Assembly: GCF_037042905.1 (NCBI RefSeq) | Contig: NC_087245.1 | Coordinates: 8,246,001 to 8,310,000, forward strand | Source: Lytechinus pictus | Lineage: Eukaryota | Length of the DNA: 64,000 nucleotides | Direction: 5' to 3' | Shown: positions 1 to 12,511 of the stretch, in pieces | Layout: every line of letters begins with the position of its first letter | Numbering within the stretch: position 1 is the first letter of the stretch | Position numbers and translations under genes: made by a program | Notes under the pieces: generated by a model | What the model was told of the DNA's origin: nothing | The model's database searches: none | The model's input: only the letters and a program-made list of their open reading frames with translations

Positions 1-559
1 TATGTCCCTGTAAAAACAGTTACAAACTGTGGAAAAAGGTGGCTTAAATTTCAATTTTTTTACCTTTAGATCTGAAAATTCATCATGCCACAGTTTGATC
101 TGTAATTTATAGGGTTAAGCAATCTTTAGAATTGTGTTTTGTTCTATTCATTTTTCAAAAAGTTGGTAAAAGTGCAAAAATGTGGAATTTTGTGAACAGA
201 ATCTTCACTTGTAAAAGCTCTGGTCATGTGACTTATGAATATTAATGAGTATGCAAATAGCTGCCAATACGTGTGTATAGAGTCAATCAGAGACAATGAT
301 ATCAAATTATTTCATGGAAAATACATGTTAATATTACAGTGAGTGTATAGATATTGATAAAATAATGTTAGAAAATACTTTAGGCTATGATTTTGTTTGA
401 GAAATTAAAAAAAGTGAAATTCTAGCTAACTTTTTGAATCACTAACTGTACTTTCTAAGCCTTATTTTTTGTACATATAGAGGTGCATATCTCCATTTTC
501 TCACTACACAGTATGTTTTCAATAGCAAAGCTTTGCTGTTGGGGACATTGGCACTGACT

Positions 560-665
560 AAGAAGTGTGTCAATATTTTCGCGTGTTGTTAAATTCGCGG
601 CCGATCGGCAATTCGCGAAATCCGCGAAAATAAAACCCCCGCGAAAATTACAGCTTATACAGTAC
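560..665. mobile_element. Terminal fragment of a Tc1/mariner (pogo/Tigger-like) MITE
   Basis: Repeated CGCGAAA/TTCGCG subterminal motifs ending in ...ATACAGTA (CAG plus TA). The opposite end was not found. Confidence 0.5.
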
Positions 666-2222
666 ATGAATGAATGTCATGTACATGTTGTAAACACAGG
701 GAATTACTTGCGTGATCAGTCATGCATGATGTGACAGATCAATTTCATTTTACTCAAGTTATACTTCTACCAAGATTTAAAAAAAAATCATAGTTGAACT
801 ACCGGTAATTTTGTTATATTATCATCAACCTCAAATTATAAACTGGGTGTATCTTTCAAAATTATCAATTCATGACTAATATTGCAAACCTGCAATATCC
901 ATTCCTTAAGCCATTATACGTTAATCAATCTTCCTGCAATCTCACTTCAGGGAACAATTTTCCTGATATCGCATCACAATTTGCTCCACATTTTTGAAAG
1001 ACTGCTATGCATAAAGTCTTTTGTATAGCATATTTTTACATAGGACTGTACATTACTTAGTTGAGAGCTTTTCTCTTATGACCAAAAATGCTATTCAAAT
1101 TTGTAAAGCAAAATTATTCCCTGCAATTATTTGAAACAATGGAAATAATACCTGGATCTACATACATGTACATGAACAGAGTATGCCTATACTATTAGGT
1201 ACATGTACATGCTAACTCAGCAAATTATGAAGTAATTTTTCAATGAATAAATTTTGTGAGAATAACAATATTACTAATGGATTTGATTCAAATGTTGGAA
1301 AAACAACGACAAAACCTGGAAACCTAACGAAACTGGCACAGATGCCACAGGGGCATACAAGATGTAGAACATTTTCATATTCACCAGCTGAATGTATGAA
1401 AGCTGACCAACATGTTTTGAAGGCCTACACATGTACATGAACTTTAAATTATTATCTCTTGAACAGACTCTGATATTACTTCCTTTTCCCTAGACAATAT
1501 CTAGTTCTGTAACATGAGTATCGTATTCTGTAGTACAAGTTGTAAGTTAATTGTATCACTTATTTGAGGTGGACTATAAACATGGAAAGACAGTTTCAAT
1601 ACAATCAAATTACATACATAGATACAATTCATCACACAAATACATGTAGGCCTACATGTACCAAAGAACTTTAAAATGTGGATGGAGGGGGTTGACAAAG
1701 GTCATGTTGAGTTGTTGACCTATCAAGGCCCATCCCCATCCCCAATGACAAAATACATGTATACATGAATTACATAAGAATAAAGATGATGAGTACTTAA
1801 CTTGAACTTAATAATCCAAGACAAATCACAATAGCAAAGACAAAATAAGAACACAAATAATAAAGGGAAGGGAGAGCAAAAATATAAAAGGAGTAAGTCG
1901 GGAAAGATATTATTCAAAATTAAAAGACAGGAGTGTCGGGGAGTGTTTGAGATCATCAGATAAAGAACTCCAGATAGTTTTGGTCCGACATACTGATTAA
2001 TGTTATTGTCAGATCGCGAAGCCTGGCGGACCATTGTTGATTCATTCTCGAATGCGTCTGATTTGTAGTGTAGTGTACAGTGTACACTGTATACACATAT
2101 TTCAGATATGGGATAAAGAGATCAATAGATGGTTAGAAAATGGAAAAAAAACTGTACTCGTATTTCTACTACTGCTCCTCCTACTTCTACTACTACTAGC
2201 AACAAAACATATACTGACTTAC

Positions 2223-3631
2223 CTATGTGTAAGATATGGGCGAATGACATCTGCTAAATCTGGTATGTGGGTGAAAATATTGAGAACCTGAGGCAGGTAG
2301 AAATCAAAATCATCCTCATCTAGACTGAACAGCTTATTGCCTGAAAATTGAAAATAAAAGTCAAACAGTAAACAACTTATAAAACATACATTGAATCAAA
2401 AGGAAGAGAAAAAAAAACTACCTCTGCAGTGCATTTCATCTCTACTATGGGCCTACATACATGAAAATTAGTAAGTATATTGTGAAAATATAAAAAGGGT
2501 ACATGTACATACAGTAAATCCTACACTTACATTTTTTCTAATAAATCCATAACGATGATGAGCCTAAATACTGAGACCAGTGAGGGATATACATGTAATA
2601 ACATCTTTAATAATACACATCTTTCAGTGTGAAGCATAGGCAAACATTTCAAATAAAAGGAAAATCTGATACCTGGATACTGATTGTTATAGTAGGGCAA
2701 AAATTATTTAAAAAAAGAAAGAATCTGCTGTACTGTACACATTCTTTCAGTTACCGTACCGGTAAGCCCCAATACCCACTAAACATTTAAATATTTCCTC
2801 AATGTACAACATTCTTATGCAAAGAATGTTCTTGTTAACAACTCAATGAACACATTCACAAATATCTTTAATAGTGAACTGTATTTCTTATGATTCCTGT
2901 ACTTTATATTCATTGCCCAAATTATAAATTTATATGCAAGGCATGATGGTCTTACCAATGTATGATTGGACTCCTGGCTCCTTAGACTTGTACAAGTGTG
3001 TTATGGCAATTGAAGCATCAAGATGCTTTGACTCAAAGAGTCTTAATAGCAGAGATTCTTTGGGAGGTGGGAGTTTATCTTTTAAGACCACTTTATGTCT
3101 AGGATCACTTTCAGTTCTGTTTTCATCCTCTTCCCTTATGACACAATCCCTTGGAGGCAAGCCAAGGCTCAAGCTCAGTTCACGACTTTTCCGCCTTTCT
3201 GGCATTTTAACAGAGTCCGATACAAATTCCCCATTGGTAATACATCTGACATCAGTACTGCTGGGAGGGGATTCTCCATTGTTTCTAATGCCTCTGAGCA
3301 AGTGGTGATCAGGGTAGTTTTTACAGATGGGGGTAGTAGGGGGTTGTTCGTCCAATGAGCTACTTGTGGAGGGGTCACCATTTTCTCTCCTCTTAGAAAT
3401 AAGATGGTCTGGGGAAGATTGCACTTGTAAACCATCATGGTTCATGTCTCCATTAACTGCAACTTGAAGAGTATGGCATTTTGTTTGTCTATGATCCAGG
3501 ACTTTGGAGAGCTTGGATGGTGATCCTTGCTTCTCAGATGACAGGTGATGCTCCATGCCATTCGGCAAGACACAGTCTCCAGCTCCTGGCCTTTGATTGG
3601 CCACTTCTTCAATTTTCTCCATGGTTATCAT
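2223..3631 (-). CDS. PI4KB: Phosphatidylinositol 4-kinase beta, first two coding exons (gene continues beyond window start)
   Basis: Exon 3688-2956 (ATG at 3631 or 3622) splices in frame (GT-AG) to exon 2340-2223. The join reads ...[36 protein letters not shown]|[39 protein letters not shown], matching the PI4KB helical (PIK) domain as recalled (LLRLFESK..., YNSKEPGVQAYIGNRLF...DFYLPQLLN). It is preceded by a long disordered N-terminus. Confidence 0.93.
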
Positions 3632-5727
3632 TACTGTGCCATGTAAGGGATATATCACTATCACATAAACAAATCACCTCACAATTACCTGTAAGAAATA
3701 AAGGGTTAAAAAAATGCATTGACGGTTTCTTTAAAAAAATAGACTTGAAAAAATAATATCATTCAAATCATTATATAAAGAAGCTCTAAATGATATTGAA
3801 ATTTACTGTATCTCTATGGCAGAGCAATATTAAAGCTTTATCAATCTTTTCAATACATGTATGTTCAACTATAATATCTTATTTATTCTAAAGGAAACGT
3901 GGAAAAGGCTGAACATGATCACATATGAAGAGATAAACAGAATAAAATATACAATATTAAAAAGTTAGGTGAATATTTTATTGAAGACAGAAATGAATAA
4001 AAGATAAATATCTTGAATAAGTATGTTGAAAAGAAAGAAAGAATGGATGTGAAAAATATAACGTGAAAATAGCTATCAAAGAGATGAATGTGGTCATGTG
4101 TCATGAGGTCGCCTACTTTTGTGTTACATGGTGATTTTTGCTTTTGCGTCACCTTTTAACTTCAAAAGTCTCTATCTCATTATCTCAATAAGTTTACACC
4201 TTACGAGAGCAAAATTATATATTTTCTGAAAGGAAATTGCTCAATGAACCCAAATATGCACTCAGAAATAGCCTTAGGTATAAGGCATTCATGTTATATT
4301 ATGTTGAATAGAAAAATATTAATGTTTTTTTTATTTCATATTTGTGATCATTATAATTAATTCAGTCCTCCTATGGCCGCTTCCGGTACCACCCCTGGTA
4401 CTCAGTCTTTGAAGATGTGTAACTCAAGTTATACTTATCCGAGAGCAATGAAACTTTCTAGATTATTAGCTATTGAATTCTGCTTTAAAACGATATCAGA
4501 TTCGTTGGCGTAGCTCCCATAGTTTTGCAAATAATTTTAAATAACTCTACAAATTTACCCAAATATGTAGCAGCACCACCCGTTTTGGTGGGCGGCATCA
4601 TGGCACATGGCCATATATATTAAAATAAGACTTAAATATTGAAGATAGATTTTAAAAACTATGACTGCAGTTTGTGTGACAAACGATTCCTATTCATGTT
4701 TCCTGTAAAAGAGGCTGCAAAAATCACAAAACACAGAGAAACCCCTCAACTGTTTGCAGTTTTGAAGATATATTATTTTAATTTTGTATTTTTTTTATAA
4801 TATGAACATATTTTAGAAAATGAGGAACATGATTTTCTTTGCATGAGAAATCAAGCACATAGCTTTAAGACCCATAGCTTCCAAATCCAGCAGCGAAATG
4901 AAGAAAATGTTTGAAAAGCTCTACAGGATTTTTATTTTAGTGTAGATTCTAGTGAGTTACGTGAGGGAAAAAAATTTGCCCCTCGAAATGCTCAAAAGAA
5001 CCTTGGAAAATAAAAACAGAGCCCCTGGAAATTCATGTGTAGGACTACTGCTGCTACTGCAATGTTAAAGCTGATCCAGTGCTGCAGATTTTAATTGTGG
5101 GCTGTGAAAGTAGCCCCCAAAAATAAAAAAAGGTTGTTTTTGTTTTGCCTGGAGTTATGAAATATTTTCTTCTTGGTTAATAATCTTTAAAATATTTTCC
5201 ACAGATCAGAATTTAAGACAATCTGTTCAAATATTATAATTGCCATTTTTTTCCTTTTGAAAATGCATAGCGGTACAGCTGATGCAGCTGAGCATGCATA
5301 CAGCTGATTATTATCATAATAATTATTCATAATCACGTATTAAATTTTTAGTATTTGTTAAATAATAATTTTTATCTATAAATTGTTCTTCAAAACGGCA
5401 TTTTGGAACATCGCTAATCGTAGCTACATCATAACAAAAGATTCAAGGGTCAGACCTACATGTATTGTATTTGCTTTGTTGACAAACGGATCGAGGGATC
5501 TACATGTACCGGTACACGAGATCGGTCTGGTAAGAAACCTTCAATTTTTCGCCTTTTCATTAACCAATTTTGGAAACCTACATACGCATTAGGCGTATGA
5601 AGGTGCAAAAATAAATAAAATCACCAACATTTACATGATTTTTATCTTAAAAGATGGATTTCCTAGGAAAATCCATCTTTGTTTTGGTGAGTCTCTTATA
5701 CATATGGCAGGCAGTTCAAGGCTCCAT

Positions 5728-5794
5728 GTACCTCAGACGATGTTCGTGCAGGCTCCACTCCACTCCGCTCCGCTACACTACGCTCCACCTACCG
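5728..5794 (+). repeat. Dispersed repeat, copy 1 (copy 2 at 16972-17064)
   Basis: TACCTCrGrCGAwGTTCGTGCAGGC...GCTCCACTCCACT...CACTACGCTCCACCTACC is shared between the two loci. Confidence 0.8.
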
Positions 5795-6360
5795 GTATAC
5801 CGGTATACCCAGTTGTTGTGTGTCCGGACAGGTTGTGTGTCCGGACGATCAATTTTAGAAAGTCATTTGGAAAAAATTACAAGCGAAGTTTCATCAAATT
5901 TTAGTACAAAATTTTAGAAAATATTATAGAGAACAAAATAGAAGATGATTACAACTATTGAATTCATATTTTTAGTGTAATCTTAAGACAAAAAAGAAGG
6001 CTTCAAAAATATAAAGTGTCCGGACACCCGATCCCCCATCCTACCTGGTAATACATGTCAAAATATTTAGAAAAGTTGTGCCTCGGTGTCAGGATTCTGT
6101 TTCACGATATACCTTCATTATAATCAAGATAAGTGCATAATTTATTTTTTCCCCTTTTATTTGGGGGGCTATTGCGACCCCATTCTACCCCATTTTTGGA
6201 GAGTGCCAGGCTGCCAGCTCTGCCTAATACTTAGGCTAATTATTTATAGTTTACATGGACAAGTCCTGGGTAAGTCAGACTGGAATTGGAAACAGTCGAA
6301 CCAATTTAGAAATCAAACTTAAGTTACATTATTTAATTTAGCAACAGTTGGAACACTCAC

Positions 6361-6850
6361 TCGAGCCAGACTCTCCATCACCAGTCTCACTCTCGGGATC
6401 AGCTCAGCCTCAGCTCCGTTTATTTGCCTGACGTCGGCCGTTTTCACCCGCATGATGAGCACATCGTCACCTCATCAGCTCAGTGGCAGTGCAGTGACAG
6501 TGTCAGTTAGAGAAAGAGAAACTGAGTCATGTCACTCGGAATTGTCAGATTTTTCCTCACTCAGGCTCAGCTCACTGATCGGGCTTCATTCCGTTTACAC
6601 GCAGTAGGTCACAGCTCAGTAGATCTAGTATAATATATGAAAGTTAGATGTCTAGCTAGACGTGGCCTATGTTAAATCGGGAAGAGTTTCTTTGGTTTGC
6701 GATCAGGAGCCTTTTTTTAACTTAGCAGAAAGGCTTGTCTACGCCGTGATTGAAGACCGCCATCTTTCCCGCAGCTAGTACGGTACCTATATACAGCACA
6801 CTCGGTATACAGCTAGAGCCTCGCTGTACCTGGCGACCATTAGCAGACGG
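6361..6850 (-). promoter_or_regulatory. Probable promoter and non-coding first exon of PI4KB
   Basis: Locally CpG-richer segment. Minus-strand YY1-type AAGATGGCGG at about 6757-6766 and a strong minus-strand donor CTCGA|GTGAGT at 6361/6360. TSS position is inferred. Confidence 0.55.
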
Positions 6851-7198
6851 CCAAATGGGGAGGAAGATAGCGAGCATTTCTATTTTTTATCATAATCATG
6901 ATTTTTTTTTCTTTCTACACCGAAATAATTTGTGGTGATGATATTCCTAGAGAAAAAAAATTGCGTTGAAGTATAGGGAATTCATTAACGGGACTTTGAT
7001 CACTAATCTGCATAAGTCAGTGCCCCGGTCAGTGCCAGTCACTTATGCAGTAAAGTAAATTTCTGTTTCTGTTTTCTCCGGAATTAACTCGGCAGGACAG
7101 CTTTTGCTGGTAAACACCCGCCGGGGTAAACACCAAGCAATTAGGTCCTATATACTTATAGGAAACATTTTACTTTTTTTAAATCAAAGTGGAGAAAA

Positions 7199-7273
7199 TG
7201 GCAGAGTGGGGATTCGAACTCACAAACTTGCGATTGTGAGTTCAATGCTCTATAACGATGAAGCTATAGCTCC
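7199..7273 (-). pseudogene. tRNA-derived SINE head or tRNA pseudogene (anticodon loop CTCACAA, Val-like)
   Basis: The minus strand reads GGAGCTATAGCTTCATCGTTATAGAGCATTGAACTCACAATCGCAAGTTTGTGAGTTCGAATCCCCACTCTGCCA. It has an A-box-like D arm and the B box GTTCGAATCC, but the acceptor, anticodon and T stems pair poorly. Confidence 0.6.
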
Positions 7274-7467
7274 ATATGCTCTAACAAATTACAGGGGCGA
7301 CGGAACCGGGGGGCGGGGGCGGCAAATGCGCGGCCACAAAAATATTCGATTGGTGAGCTATATTCATACATGAGCTCACTAGATGCAGTCATTAAAAGAC
7401 AAGTCCACCCCAACAAAAAGAACAGTAATTTTAGCGCCGTAATCGACCAAAAGGCGAGTTTTATAAC

Positions 7468-7665
7468 TTAAAGGTCAAGTCCACCCCAGAAAAATGTTGA
7501 TTTGAATAAATAAAAAAAAAATCAAACTAGCATAACGCTAAAAATTTCATCAAATTCGGATGTAAAATAAGAAAGTTATGACATTTTAAAGTTTCGCTTG
7601 TTTTTCACAAAACAGTAATATGCACAACTCAGTGACATGCAAATGGACAGACGATGATGTCACTC
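7468..7665. mobile_element. Kolobok-like non-autonomous DNA transposon, truncated left arm
   Basis: Starts TTAA-AGGTCAAGTCCACCCCAGAAAAA, the reverse complement of the right end at about 15541-15568. Shares internal AAATTTCATCAAA.TCGGAT with 13615 and 15050. Confidence 0.7.
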
Positions 7666-7671
7666 ACTGGT

Positions 7672-7740
7672 GTCAGCACTAAAGCTGAGCATATTGAATT
7701 GTGTGATGCAGGTGAGACTGCCAGAGGCGCTCCACTTGTT
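7672..7740 (+). mobile_element. 3' end of a Helentron-type non-autonomous element (same family as 19511-20647)
   Basis: GTCAGCACT...ATATTGAATTG...GCAGGTGAGACTGCCAGAGGCGCTCCACTTG is nearly identical to 20585-20647. Confidence 0.75.
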
Positions 7741-7779
7741 AAGGTCTGAAATGTTAATGATTAGAAAATTTCTTAGAAT

Positions 7780-10700
7780 GTCCCATTTTTAGGTCTGATC
7801 GCTTCGCGCTCTCATCAATTGTATAGATATATCCTGTTCATATAAAAGTGCTTGGAAACGGTCCAGATTTTAGGTCGGAATGTCAAAATTTTTTTGACAT
7901 TTATTTTTTACAGACGCATATCTTCAGGATGTTCAGGATCACAATATTGCTCGAAATGTTCAATTTTCAGGACAAAATGCATGAAATTTCAAAAAATTTT
8001 AGCTCGCGCTTCGCGCTCGCATTATTTAATTGTTGAAATATGTATCGTCTTCAAGGGTAACTTACAAACAAAATCAGTGATAATCATTGTAAAAGCTACT
8101 GTATATTCAAACCTGAGAATCAAACATTCTAAGCAATTTTTATAGTCATGATCAAATATGCAGTTTTAACTGAAGGATTTTTTTTATAAACTGACCAGAA
8201 AAGGGACCATTTTAGAACTATTTACAGTCACTGATTAAGAGGACATACATTCATCATCATCATGCGAGCGAGAAGCGCGAACAAAATCAGACTTGAAAAC
8301 TTATATGAGCACTTTGTGTAAACATGAACAAGATAAGCTGAAAATATTTGCTAATCCGACCTGAAAATTTGATACTTTTGTAATAAAGAATAAAGTAAAA
8401 GAGCATAATGCGCGAACTAAATTCTTTTTGGATAGATTTATACCTGAAACGGATCATTCTAAGCACTCTTTGAATAATTTTGAACAAGATGAATATCTAA
8501 TTAAACAATAGTCCATGAGAGTGCGAAGTGCGAGCTGAAAAACTTTGATATTCCGACTTGAAAAACCAAACAGTTTTTTGCACGTTTTTTTTTTTAAAGA
8601 ACAAGATATGTATAGGCCTATCTCAATAAACAATTATTACGAGTGCGAATTAAGCGCGGGCAGAAATCTTGGGAGATTCAAACTTTCAAAATGTACATTC
8701 TTTTCACTTCTTTTAATCATTAAATTAATGGGTAACTTCTAAATAAATAATGCGAGCGCGAAGCGCTAGCTGAAAAAATTTAACACATCGATCTGAAAAC
8801 TGGACATTTTTAAGCACGTTTTTAAATATAGAATAGTATTTCATATTCTCATTTAACAATTGATACAAGTCTGAATAGCGAGCTGAAATTTTGTCATATA
8901 CTACTGACTCGAATGGAAATGTGTTAAGTGTAGGAACACTATGAAGAGAATATGTCACTATAAATGATGCTAGCACCAGCGGCGTAACAGGGGTCGGTGG
9001 CCAGGGGGGGGGGGGAAGAGCCAAAAATTTCCCGGTCATATCATGGAACAGGCAATGGCGTCATAAGGCAAACATTTTGAGTGGGCGATATGGCGTATCA
9101 GGCATATATATATATAAATATAAGCGAGCGAGCGAGCAAAAATTTTTGACATTTTTATTGCAAAAATCAAATTTTGTGATAGATTTTGACATAATGTTAA
9201 AAAGATGATATCATATTTCACCCTCCTCTCTTTCCTTTTTTTCTCTCCTTTTTGTACGCCACGGTGAACAGGATTTTGTTATGGTTGTGAGCATCAGGGC
9301 AAAGCTCTATATGCTCGAGGGGGCCGAGTATGGCGCTTCTGGCAAGAAGTAGCTTAATATAGGTCCCGAGCGAGCGAAGCGAGCGAGATAAAAAAAATCA
9401 CCTTTTCATGAGAATCTAACATGAAGATAGATTTTAACGTGATATTCAGAAAAATATGATACACATTAAAAATAATACACTTTCCTTTCTTTCCTCATTT
9501 TTGTTTGTTTGGTTGTAGAACTTTTGGGGGCCATGGTCCAACTCATCCAAATAACAGTGCTTTATGGTGGGGTCCAGGGCAGAGCCCCGGAACCTCTTGA
9601 TATCAAAGCCATTTTAAACCTTACAGATGGCCACTTATTTTAATCAAATTGCGTGTATATTTATATAGCTTTAACACAACACATAAATTCAATGCAGTTG
9701 CGTATCGTAATCATCCAAATATTGTGAGGGGCACACCATAGCAAATGTGGGAAAATTTGTAAAAAGTCGCCAGCGAGCGAAGCGAGCCAGAAAAAAAGCC
9801 TGTTAAAATGAAATTCTAATTATGTGATAGATTTTTACTTCATTATAGCAAATATCATGTCATATATTTTTTTTCATTCATCTAATTTCGCTGCCTCCTT
9901 TATTTTTCTTTTATTTCCCCTTGGCTGTGGAACCACCCCCGGTACGCCAGTGCTTCAACGTAAGGCTTAATGCAGGAAGGGTCCATATAGGGGCCCGTTA
10001 TAGAACCCATTAAAAGTTACAGATGAAGAGCCCCCACTGCACGGGGTCTTGACTCTCGGACAGAGCCTTTGGAGATTTAGCAAGTTTATGATAGACTTTC
10101 ATACGACATTATGCTATATACCATCCATTTTTCTTCCCGCTTGTTATCTCAATCCTCGGCAGCCCGGTAGTGCACGTTATCTTGTCCCTATTCTTTATTT
10201 TCCAATTTAGAATTTGGCTAATTCCATTCTGCCTTTATTTCCCGCTTTTGTTTGCATTTTTGTCATCTTTAATTTATTTCCTTGTCTTATTAATCATGCT
10301 AATGTATTATATCGGGGCGAATTGTTTTTTCTCACTTGTTCGTTTTTCCTTCCTTTTTCCGTTATCTTTCCGTTTTCCTTTTTTATGTTTTTTCTTAGTT
10401 TTCTTTTCCCTTTCCCCTTCCCCTTTTTTCTTTTCTTTCCTTTCCCTTTCTTCCTCCTTTTTTTTCTTTTTCCTTTTTAAAAAAAAATTTTCCCGGTGAG
10501 CTCCGCCAGGGGGGCAGCTTGCCCCCCCCGCCTGTTACACCACTGGCTAGCACGAAGCGTGAGCTGATTTTTTTTGCGATTTAATGCCCTAAAACGAGAT
10601 ATTCTAACTTTATAAGTACCTTTTTATCATGAATACGATGCGTATCTATTGCTCTTGCAAAGCGATGAAAATATTTGATATAGACCCACTGACCTAAAAG

Positions 10701-11000
10701 GAGACATTTCAAGGACTCTTTGTGGGAATTCATGAAGATAATAATGTATCTGTCTAATCAAATAATGCGAGCGCGTAGCGCGAGCTTTACTATTTCTATA
10801 TTTAGCACTTTTTAAAATCATGAACAGGATGCCATGCTCGTTGAAAAAAAAATGATCAAAACTCGAATCTCGAGCAAAATAATTTGTACAAGTTCACTTG
10901 AAAATATGATACTATAAGCCCCTTGTTTTAATATCCTCTTGAGCAGATTATCATCTCCCTCAAGGCAATTAATGTGATCACAAATTAAGCGCGAGCTTAA
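7780..11000. repeat. Degenerate ~110-125 bp repeat array with GCGAGCGCGAAGCGCGAGC core, interrupted by nested insertions
   Basis: The core motif recurs at about 7800 and 8002 (reverse) and at about 8263, 8518, 8640, 8752, 8877, 8969/10546, 10766 and 10989 (forward). Confidence 0.7.
8977..10545. mobile_element. hAT-type non-autonomous composite element with 8-bp TSD
   Basis: TIRs CAGCGGCGTAACAGG / CCTGTTACACCACTG are flanked by the direct repeat GCTAGCAC (8969-8976 and 10546-10553). The insertion splits one array core motif. Confidence 0.8.
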
Positions 11001-12067
11001 TTGTTATTTATAGAATGACCTGACCTGATTCCCCTCCCCCTTGTTTCATTCACTTTTTCTTCCTCGTCTTTTTTGTTCTTCCCCCTTTTTTGCGCCGCCA
11101 ATAGGGCGCCGCAGCCCCGTAGGCCCCCCCCCCCCATTATAAGGTCTTTGCCCCCCCCCCCCCCTTCCCGGAGGCGCCGGCTATCTATAACACTTCCCTG
11201 GTTTTAGTATACAAAATAATGCACGTAAGTGCGTGCATACAGGGCCAAATAATGAACGATGTGCGAGAAGAGCCAATGGATACCGCACCGAAGTCTGCAG
11301 GACCGAGTGCGGTATATCCATTTGGCGAGTCGAGTACAGACTTCATTAATTAGGTCCTCTATGCACAAGAGTGTGTGCATTGTTTGCTTTATACAACCCC
11401 CTCCCCCCATGTTACTGAGTTATCCCGAATACTATATTTGATCTAAATTCTAGATAATTCCAGACCTCGCACTATCCTGCACTCTGACGTCAGACTGCAG
11501 GATGGTGCATATTGGATGCCATAGTGCAATTCGCTGATTATCATGACATGTGATCCGATTTGCAGATTACAGAATATTCTTGGGAGTTATATAACACAAA
11601 ATAACTAACAGTTAGTCCCCCAAATCACACGTGATTGTCGTTTCATTATGATAGGCGAGCGCTATTTTTATTACGGCGCTGAGCTAATCGGTACGAGCTT
11701 CGGTGCACTGTGACTAGCTGTTTTGTAATCTAAGGTAGATATGAATAACAAAACTAATTCTAATAACAGGTCACCCTTCTCAAAAGACCTTTCATTTTGA
11801 CATAGTAGGGCCTATATTGGCATAAAATATTCAGAAAAATAATACACATTTACTTTCTTTCTCCTTCTTTCGGGGGGAGGGGGGGGGGTGTGGGTTCGTA
11901 AATCTATGGGAGAGGGACACAGCCCCCAATCTGTACGCCATTCAGAAAAATATTATAATATTGCTATGATATTTAGAAGAAAATAAAATGTTTACAAAAG
12001 GTGTGTTTCACGGGGGGGGGGGGGGGGGGAGGGGGGGTATGATCGAATACTCGTCGAAAGACGATGC

Positions 12068-12511
12068 CTCTCCCGTACATAAGTTGCTGTACAAAATTCG
12101 AGTAATTCGAGGGAAACCCCCTCCCCCCTCGAGATCTTTGCCCATTGGTCCATGCAATTCTATTACATGACAAGCGCTCCGTCAGGGGCAAACAGTTATA
12201 GCTTTTTCAATTTTAGACAAGAAAAAAATATTATTTTTTAACTTTTAAGGATTATGATGAGGGAAAAAAACTCGCTTTGCCCCCAATTATCCTTATTGTT
12301 ATTTATTGGTTTTTTTTTTTTTTTTTTTTTGGGGGGGGGGGCAAGTGGTCCATCTGTCCCCCCCCCCCCCCCTTCCTCCGTTCTAGAGGCAATCGGTCTC
12401 GCAAACTTGCTCGCTCCACAACTGCATGGATCGCCAATGGACGAAGATCTCGGGGAGGGGGTTTATCTCGAATTACTCGAATTTTGTACAGCAACTTATG
12501 TATGGGGAGAG
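12068..12511. mobile_element. Fold-back MITE-like element with ~90-bp inverted arms
   Basis: CTCTCCCGTACATAAGTTGCTGTACAAAATTCGAGTAATTCGAG... is mirrored by ...CTCGAATTACTCGAATTTTGTACAGCAACTTATGTATGGGGAGAG. No clear TSD. Confidence 0.75.

Noticed and set aside
1-2222. A further PI4KB coding exon
   Set aside because: No minus-strand exon continuing the helical domain was found. The next exon presumably lies before the window start.
7199-7273. Functional tRNA-Val(CAC) gene
   Set aside because: The acceptor, anticodon and T stems do not pair properly, so it is treated as a SINE head or pseudogene.
10170-10499. Phe/Leu-rich ORFs that look like membrane proteins (also 13840-14115 and 23381-23845)
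   Set aside because: They are translations of T-rich low-complexity or transposon DNA with no family motifs or splice support.
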